This document shows, piece by piece, positions 30,371 to 37,749 of a stretch of 37,749 bases of DNA (position 1 is its first letter; each line of letters opens with the position of its first letter). Origin of the DNA: Branchiostoma belcheri. Its lineage: Eukaryota. The stretch spans positions 8,113,914 to 8,151,662 of the forward strand of contig NW_017803490.1 of assembly GCF_001625305.1 (NCBI RefSeq), given 5' to 3'. The notes under the pieces were generated by a model. It saw only the letters and a list, made by a program, of their open reading frames with translations, made no database searches and had not been told where the DNA came from. Position numbers and translations under genes: made by a program.

Positions 30371-31678
30371 TTGACAGTGATTCTCTCCGCATCTAAGACG
30401 TCTTCTGGCCGGTAACAAACCCTTAGGTACGTCTAGCTTAGCTCTTCTGTATGATGCTGATAGCCTCTGTAGCAGGCTTAGCTGTTTTCTGATTAGGCCA
30501 GTTCTAAAACAACGGGGGTAATTCAACCAGGCCGGCTATGTTGTCTATATGCAATCAGAAAATAGCACATAAAAGCTCCCAAAGACCCTGAAGACCCCCA
30601 AAACCCCCAGTTTTTGGCATGCTATGGAGGCTAGATGCTGCTGATACAATTAGAGTTTTGTAGGGTTAGTCTAGCTGTTTTTAAACTGCAGAATGCCGCC
30701 GATCTAGGTGTAGGTGCTTGACAACAAGACAATGCGTACCTGCTTGGGCGGTTTTTCTTGTGTTGTCTTACCTGTACGAGCACACCTGTGTACAAAAGGT
30801 AGGTTACGACAGGTGAGTTAAGAAGGTCACCCGAAAAAGTGCAAGAATTACCCGATCTTCCTGATACAGGTATCTTTAAAAGTAAAAGTGGTCTAGCTCT
30901 CGGATGTCAGTGAGAGTGTCGCCCCTCCCCATTAGATAATGGTACAGTCCCATAGCAGCAAATGGGTACCCAGTGGGCCAAATGTTATTGGCATTACATA
31001 ATTAATACTCCATATTGATTATCATTAATACCATTGTGTTATTGGGAAGCAGTTGATGGTGGTTGTGGGAAAAGATTTCTCGTGTCATGCTTTATATAAA
31101 TGCTGTTTTTGCTGCAGGTAAAGTTTGTTTTGTAGACTAATTGTTGTGTTGTTGCTAGGGACAGTAACTGTTACATGTAGGTCATGATTCAAAATGCCTA
31201 GGAAATGTCCATATACAATGAATGGCCATTGTTTAAGTGGCAACAAACTGTTCAGAATGTTGATCAAAATTATTGCAGTTTTTGTTTTGAACTTTTGCAT
31301 CAAATTTGTGGTCTTTTATTTATCTATTCATTTCATTAGGCAAGGGTACATGTATACTTAAATCTGTATGTTGCAACCTTATTGCATTCAAAATAGTACT
31401 ATATCATATGATAGAATTGTTCAACCCCAAATGACTATAACACTGCAAATGATACTGAAGTACTATTAAATTAATTGACAGTGGTGGTCTTCTTGATTAA
31501 TTAATGTTTTCCATTAATACATACATGTACATGTATCAATATTAATATGCTACACCCCAAATTATATGCAAGTGCAAACTGCGACTATGCAACTTTTTAA
31601 ACAGCACTATGCAATAACAATAATGTATTACTATTAATTAATCTTTTTGTTGTTGTTTTTCAGGAATCAACAGAAGTT

Positions 31679-31832
31679 ATGTTCTCCCACCTTTTGGACT
31701 GGGCCAGTGTGCCTGCCCACCTGCAGTTCAACCGGTTTGTGCTAGGGGGCTATCGTCCACTGCAGTCTGTAGCAGAGTGTGTGCAGAGCCTCTTCTATCT
31801 GCACAATGAGCTGTTCAACATCTTATCTCATG
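31679..31832 (+). CDS. PAQR-family (MMD/PAQR10/11-like) coding exon 1 (MFSHLLDWASVPAHLQFNRFVLGGYRPLQSVAECVQSLFYLHNELFNILSH)
   Basis: Plus ORF 31679..31948; matches PAQR motifs RFxxFMNHRxP and HNExxNIxTH. Exon begins at acceptor 31664; donor CATG|GTACGG at 31833-31834. Confidence 0.7.
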
Positions 31833-31861
31833 GTACGGAATGGCTGATATTGTTATTTCCA

Positions 31862-32250
31862 GGGGTATTCTTTTGTGTGTGTGTGTGTGTGTGTGTGCGT
31901 GCGTGTGTGAGTGTATCTGTGTGTGTGTGTGTGTGCGTGCGTGTGTGAGTGTGGTGTGTGTGTGTGTGTGTGTGTGCAGGTATGAGTGTGTGTGCATATG
32001 TGTGTGAGTGTATGTGTGTGTGTACGTATGTGTGTGTGTTTGTGTACATGAATGTATGTGTGTGTGTACATGTGTGTGTGTGTGTACATATGTATGTGTG
32101 TGTGCGTACATGTATGTGTGTGTGTGTGTGGTTGTGTGTGTAATCTACTATGTGTGTGTGTTACACATAATGTATGTGTGTGTGTGTGTTTATGTGCGTG
32201 CATGCTTGCGTATGCGTGTGTTTTATGTACATGTACGTACTACTGTACAC
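31862..32250. repeat. Imperfect (TG)n microsatellite, about 390 bp, occupying most of PAQR intron 2
   Basis: gtgtgtgtgtgtgcgtgcgtgtgtgagtgta... fills most of intron 31833..32281. Confidence 0.9.
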
Positions 32251-32281
32251 CAGGCTTATAATATTTTGTTTTCACCCGTAG

Positions 32282-32500
32282 GTCTTCCCATCCTGTTCTT
32301 CGCCCATTATGCGACCGACAGTCATACCTGGGACCAGATCTCGCACAGTTGGCTAGCTTACCTGAACTACGCTGCAGCTCTGGCACCACACCTGGGGAGC
32401 CTGTCCTATCACCTGTTCATGAACCACAAGTCAGGTGCAGGGACCTACTTCAGACTGCTCAAACTGGACATGTGTGGTGTGTGGGCCGTTCAGACACTCG
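32282..32500 (+). CDS. PAQR-family coding exon 2 (LPILFFAHYATDSHTWDQISHSWLAYLNYAAALAPHLGSLSYHLFMNHKSGAGTYFRLLKLDMCGVWAVQTL)
   Basis: Acceptor ttttcacccgtag| at 32280-32281 and donor CTCG|GTAAAA at 32501-32502, anchored by the tail of ORF 32008..32526. Confidence 0.75.
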
Positions 32501-32574
32501 GTAAAACAGCTACTCTTTATTCTTAAATCTTGCAATGTTAGCAGGAGTTCTTTTTCCGTGACATGAACCACAAA

Positions 32575-32660
32575 TTTCAGTCATTCGCACAGACGTACTT
32601 ACATGTAAGACTGCTCAAACTGGTCATGTGTGGTGTATGGGTGGTACAGACGCTCGGTAA
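32575..32660 (+). other. Partial duplicate of the PAQR exon 2 3' end with intact GTAAGT donor and acceptor-like tttcag (pseudo-exon)
   Basis: Reads ...MNHKFQSFAQTYLHVRLLKLVMCGVWVVQTLG|gtaagt, compared with the real exon ...MNHKSGAGTYFRLLKLDMCGVWAVQTLG|gtaaaa. A 76-nt cassette would shift the reading frame. It is followed by an R1 repeat copy. Confidence 0.5.
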
Positions 32661-33006
32661 GTCACTGACGAAAAGTAGTGGATGCAACCTGAAATGTCTG
32701 ACCATTTCCAAAATCCTATCCAGTTGCTTGAGCTTTGGAGGGAAAGATACAATCTTCCACAGCCAGACCCCCTGGCCAATTTTACTCTCCTTTTTGCAGA
32801 ATTCTACAAGCTGTATTTCCATAGAAATGCCTGGTGGAGGCTAGTACAAGTATCTGAAAGTGGATTTCCCCTCAATACTAGTAACACTTGTGTGTACCAA
32901 ATATCTATGATTTGTTTAATTTATTGTTTCAGCTTTCATAAATTGATTAACGACCTTCTGAACAGGTCCAGGAAATCTGCTAACATCTAGTTGCACATTT
33001 TTGCAG

Positions 33007-33437
33007 GTGCCTTGACAACAATCTATGCAACGTTCTACTGCAACAAGCTGCTCCAAACCTTAATGCTGACCACGTACATCCTCGTATCATCATGGACATT
33101 ATACGAAGCTGTACACGCAACGTCCGTCTACAAGAGAATGTGCTCTTTTGCAGCGCAAGTCGCTATCCGTGTCCTAACTCTTCTAGTCCGAGTGTCACCA
33201 CTCGGGTACGGAAATCCGTATTCCACCAAACACACTTTTCTTATGGACGCTTTTGCTATCACTGGCGGAGTAATAAATCTGTTACGGGTGCCTGAAAGAT
33301 TTTGGCCGGGAAAGTTTGACTATTTTTTTAACAGTCACAATATAATGCATGTGATGACCACTATAGGCGTGCTCCATATGCATTGGGGTGCGGTAGGGGA
33401 TATAATGTGGGCGTCACAGTATCAATGCAATGTATAA
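33007..33437 (+). CDS. PAQR-family terminal coding exon (GALTTIYATFYCNKLLQTL...RVPERFWPGKFDYFFNSHNIMHVMTTIGVLHMHWGAVGDIMWASQYQCNV*)
   Basis: Plus ORF 32991..33437. Acceptor catttttgcag| at 33005-33006. The C-terminal PAQR signature PERFxPGKxDxxxxSHxxxH is present. Confidence 0.8.
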
Positions 33438-34369
33438 CAATTGAATGTGAAAATAATGATCCATTCAGAATTTGACAAAATAATATAATTGCCTTTCTAT
33501 ACTGGGTTCTTAGCCACACAACCAAAAATTGGCAATTTCTCTTGTTTAAGGGCTAGATTAAAGCCCTCAAGGAAGGTAGCCAAATTTTTTTTAATGTGTA
33601 TAGCTGTAGCTAAGACCCAAAGTGATGCATAAAGTAATATTTACCAAATTGTTAGTGGTACACCAAGTGTATTGTCCTGATTTAGAAACCCTGTGCGGAG
33701 GGAGAAGAAATATGGTACCTACATGCTTGTATAATGACTGTAAATTTTGTGATGTTGGTAGAAAAGCAAAGCAAATTGGGCTACTAGGTACTTTTTTTAT
33801 ATCAAGACTGTATTTGATAGAATCTTTTGTATAGAAGTACAGACTGCAAATGATCAATTAATTGATGAACATTGTATTGAAAAATTAATATATGGCTTTT
33901 ATACTTGATGGCAGGAGTAATGTGTATAACCCATCAGGGTTAAAAACTGTAAGGAGATAGCCTCTACCAGGCTTGAAATGTGGCTGGAACGAGTAGAAAT
34001 TAGCCGAATAGACAGATAACATGTCAGAGGAATTGGTCCGCTAAAGGAGTACAATTTGCTGCTTAGTGGGCTAATAGTAACCTAACTCCCTTGGCATGTT
34101 ATCTGTCTATATTGCCAATTTTTACTCTTTCCAGCCACTTTCAACACCTGGTAGAGGCTAGCAAAAATCAACTATGTGCAAATCAAGGTAAAATAATGAA
34201 CCTAGAATAATTCTATGCCACTGAATCATCAGATATGGTGAAGGGAATAAATTGATAGAGAAACTAATACACTGAAGAGTTGTCACTTTCATGAAAGTCA
34301 GGGGCTTGCATTTGAATGGGTGTGTTTTGTATGGTACTGCAGAATAGGGCACTTAGTGTAAAATAACCC

Positions 34370-34570
34370 ATAAGCTCAACCAAGGATTGAGGTGCTCAAG
34401 AATCCCAGATTGGAACTCGCTGTAACCAAGTACAGTAGGGGCATTGTCATATGCTAAACAATGTCTAGAGTTAGATGTTCAAGGGTTAGGTGTAACAAGT
34501 CGCTCGTTGTGATGTAGCCAGCTGCCGCCGCGCCGTGTGCCTGCGAAGCTGGTGTGTTACGCCGAAGGGT
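34370..34570. repeat. Interspersed repeat family R3 copy
   Basis: Shares caaggattgaggtgctcaagaa...ggaactcgctgt...agctgccgccgcgcc with 745..900 and 9270..9470. Confidence 0.5.
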
Positions 34571-35164
34571 GGTTATACCGGCTATACAGATACAGATAGG
34601 TACAGAAGCTATGAAAGGAAGAAGAAACCAAAAACTGACAAAGAAACAAACTCAGCATCAGTCACTTTATTGTGACATTAACCACATACAAGCTGACAGG
34701 GAAAATGTTTCAAACATCTTTACCAATTATAAGGAAAGTCATAAGAATAATCATAAGAACAAATGACTGTGAGTAAACTTCTTTTTTTTCATCTGCTGGT
34801 AAGTAATGTTAGATGTCTAACAAGGGATTCTTACAGGATAAAATTGATCATTTATTAAGAGAGCCGAGGATGGATAGATCAAATACTTACTACCTGCAGA
34901 TTTGGGAAATCATTATTTATTTAATTTATTTATGAACATTTACCACATTCGTGGAAGAATTGACATAACATGTAACTATCACCTCTTCAAAGATGTCAAC
35001 CTTGGGACCAGACTGTATGGTAACTGTTTTCAATCCATGTCTAACAATAAAGATGTCAGAATTTTATCAAGCAAAATAGAGTGAGTAGGAGAGGTAACGA
35101 TTTCACTGAATACTTTTTTGAATCCTCGACCTGTCAGCTGGGTTACATGGTGTCAGGCAACTTA

Positions 35165-35976
35165 GGGGTCAAAGTTGGCAGGACGGACCATCATTTTGGA
35201 CTTTTTCAGATAGGTCTTATAGGAGCCTCCAAACGGGTTCCAATAGATACCGTAGCCGCTGCGACTGGTGTAGTCAGAGGGGCGGAGGTACGGGCCGTTC
35301 AGGGCAGACTGAGCGCAGTCCTTGTACCACCACCCTCCCGTGTAGGTACCCTTACCACCAGCACAGGACCCGCTATTGTCATCAAAGTCCCAATCCCTAG
35401 AACTGAACGACTGACCCGTTAGGTAGGGATTAGATGATGAGTCTGAGAACCCATCCCCAGCGGTCCCACTGTACCCACTAACAGAAAGGCTATACAGGTA
35501 CCAATTACTATCAACCGAGAATGAGTTATACTTGGCGTACTTAACCACGCCTGCCCAATCTTCCAGCTCTACGTATAACTCATACGCGTCCTGATTTGTC
35601 AAGTAGTACATGTTCAACAACCCCAGCCAATGCTCTCCATCGGCAGCGGACCCAAACCCATGGAGAAATGCGCCCCAAGGTCGGTTGAAGTCGATAGACC
35701 CGTCAAACCTGTTCTGTATGACCGTCCACCCTCCCCCATCTGTGGTCTGATCACAGTATACAGAGATCGGTTCGGTCAGACCTACAGGCATGATGTCGTG
35801 TACACCACTAGACACAGCATTTAACATGGACAGTGCTGTGTGGATGTCAGAACAGTCGGAAAAGTAGTTTGTGCGCCCGCTGAGGGCCAGAGAAGACATG
35901 ACTGTCTGGGGAAGCTGCCCGTCCACATGGTCTGGCTTGTCAGCTTGGTTCTCTTCCTCCGGAGACAACAGCGATT
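35165..35976 (-). CDS. Fibrinogen-related domain (FReD/FBG) protein, terminal coding exon
   Basis: Minus ORF 35162..36022. FBG hallmarks DCSDIH, VYCDQTTDGGGWTVIQNRFDGSIDFNRPW, GFG, EHWLGL, ELYVELEDWAG, YSGTAGD, CAGG, GGWWYKDCAQSALNG. Acceptor cctttacag| at 35978-35977; stop at 35162-35164. Confidence 0.8.
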
Positions 35977-36506
35977 CTGTAAAGGAAACATAAAAGTTAA
36001 TAGGAGACTGACGAAATGTCACAAAGTTTTGTAGTTGGCTATACCTTTTTCAAAATATGTTACAAAATTAAAATATATTTCTTTTGTCACCCCATGAAGT
36101 TCCACCAGAACAATAGTTGAGATAGAGGTAACAGAAGACTCATTTAAACTTAAAGGCATCCAGTGCAGTTTTTAGGGCTTGGAAATCCGATTGTCAAAGC
36201 CAATATTCTAGTCATTTACCTACATATTGAGTTAAAACTGCCAAAAAGGAGTTAAAACCACACTATCCCAATGTATATTGACCCTCATGGAGCAAACATT
36301 TCCAAAAGTCTGAAGGGCCCTGGGCTGATTCTTGGGGTACCACCCAGAAAATAAATGGCAGACATCTTGGGGTTTGTTTCTGCAGTTTTAAATACCCAAA
36401 TTATGAAATACTGACTCAGATGATCGACGGCCTTATTCTGAATATTTCCAGTTTTGCTGCTATGAAGTCGCATTGGATGCCATTAACTCAAAAGCGGTGT
36501 GCTTAC

Positions 36507-36602
36507 CACAGGTGGCAGGGTCGAGTGAGTTGAGCGTGTCTCCCACAGCTTTGCACACGTCCTTCACCAGAGAGATGTCATCGGGGCTCGGTTTGGTCAG
36601 AG
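36507..36602 (-). CDS. FReD protein coding exon 2 (LTKPSPDDISLVKDVCKAVGDTLNSLDPATC)
   Basis: Acceptor tttttacttgcag| and donor TGTG|GTAAGC; its phase-1 exit joins exon 3, giving codon GAA. Confidence 0.6.
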
Positions 36603-37081
36603 CTGCAAGTAAAAATCATTTTGAGACATTTTGAAATGATACGTAGCATTTATAGCATGTCCTTTGACTCCTGCAACCTTACTCAACAGAGTGGTCCTGG
36701 GAGAAAATTTGACTGTTGAATTTAACTAAAATACTCGTAGATGAAGTTCGTTTTTATGACAGGTTACTGGTTTTCAGTCTCTAGACCCCTTAGCCATACA
36801 CAACCAACAGAATGCATCGACGAAAAAGATCATTTACATTATCTCAAAGCACATCTGATCTTTTAGAGGCTGGAACGACAATGTCAAATTGGCCAGTATC
36901 TATTTGCTGGTACAAAAAAAGGAGCCCAATAAAAACTCCTAAAAACATTCAGCAAAAAAGGCCTAAGCCAAAACCTCTGCTCCTAGAGAACCAGTTACAA
37001 AAGTTGTGTAACGATGCTCCTATATGTATGTCCTTGACTCTTTCCCTCTATGATCTACAACATATCATATTCAGCACTCAC

Positions 37082-37208
37082 CAATATTTTGGCACCCTTC
37101 CCTGATTTTACACAGGTCCGCGGTATGTTGCAGTGTGCCCCCGTCCTGCGATGTTCCACGGACCGTGCTGCAGGCAGCAGCGATGAGTAGAATCAGGTAC
37201 AGCATCAT
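37082..37208 (-). CDS. FReD protein coding exon 1 with signal peptide (MMLYLILLIAAACSTVRGTSQDGGTLQHTADLCKIREGCQNI)
   Basis: ATG at 37208-37206; hydrophobic signal peptide with a cleavage-site-like VRG-T. Donor ATTG|GTGAGT at 37081-37080; phase joins exon 2. Confidence 0.6.
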
Positions 37209-37749
37209 GTCGGCTGGTCGGCAGTCTGGCTAAACCCTGATGCAGGCCTGTATTTAAACCTTACCTACACCTGTCCGTATTTACCAGCCACTTTAGACAG
37301 AAATAACCGACCCTCCAGACGTGAATGTGCTACTTCCCTCTCTCCTTTATTAAAATTGACACAACAATCAGCGAACCAAATGTACAAAGGAATTTTCCAA
37401 TTTCATTCAGATGTCATCTGTTTGGTTACTTGTAAAGCAATATAGACTGTTTGCTTTAAAGAACTCGCGCCGGTATTCAAAGGCTACTCTACACACCGTT
37501 GAAAATGAATTATCAAATAATCTTCGAGTGATCCTCCACATGTACAAAAGCGTGAATTCGTTACTTCCTGCCTTTCTTTATTAAAGTTGACACAACGCTC
37601 AGCTAAATATTTTGTACCATCTGCCAGAAAGAAAAATGTGTTCTGTCGGCACCAACAAACCAGTTCACTAGTCTGCCCTGCTATGTGACTACTGTATGTC
37701 ATTTTAAGTTGTTTGGTACACAATTCAAAAGTTCAGAAATTTTCAATGA

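Noticed and set aside
31815-32261. Several 60-170 aa ORFs on both strands rich in His-Thr or Cys-Val
   Set aside because: They are microsatellite (TG)n translation artefacts inside the PAQR intron. The upstream part of ORF 32008..32526 is repeat; only its last 73 codons are exon.
1-37749. Prokaryotic-style features: operons, CRISPR arrays, defence islands, rRNA
   Set aside because: The sequence is eukaryotic, with spliced genes, SINE/LINE elements and microsatellites. There are no direct-repeat/spacer arrays and no rRNA signatures. The tandem arrays present are intronic minisatellites with varying unit lengths and no spacer structure.

Overview
This is eukaryotic (metazoan) nuclear DNA, not prokaryotic: it has spliced genes with GT/AG introns, tRNA-derived SINEs, LINE reverse-transcriptase fragments, MITE-like hairpins and long (CA)n/(TG)n microsatellites. 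Gene content and repeat landscape suggest an invertebrate deuterostome, but that is a guess.

Most of the window (about 1 to 28723, minus strand) is one large multi-exon gene that I identify as a TEP1 (telomerase-associated protein 1) ortholog. Peptide motifs match, in order: N-terminal NPLL-type repeats, a TROVE domain with a degenerate vWA-like part, DUF4062, NACHT (P-loop GKSGSGKT, Walker B VVIFMDGLDQMED, ESPFNNQ, HNPLFLALACEELR), a helical linker (LPYHLASAG, SAYPALTLQQAANEA), then WD40 repeats that run off the 5' end of the window. I reconstructed 32 coding exons with canonical splice sites. The reading-frame phases are consistent across 30 of 31 junctions; the only break is between the exons at 2091..2316 and 1025..1141.

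One of the 32 exons, found while resolving a phase gap, encodes an RG/RGG-rich low-complexity segment inserted in the TROVE region. A TATA-preceded, apparently intronless RING plus B-box (TRIM-like) gene sits inside a TEP1 intron on the same strand, with a frameshift near its 3' end.

Downstream on the plus strand is a 3-coding-exon PAQR-family gene (MMD/PAQR10/11-like); its intron 2 is almost entirely (TG)n. At the 3' end of the window, on the minus strand, is a 3-exon secreted fibrinogen-related-domain (FReD) gene with a signal peptide.

The most unusual feature is recurrent local duplication of exon-intron junction segments: at least 11 exons have one to four nearby partial copies of their ends, several with intact splice signals and open frames. 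There are also at least six interspersed repeat families.

My transcription of positions can be off by 1 to 2 nt; I anchored most boundaries to the supplied ORF-track coordinates.
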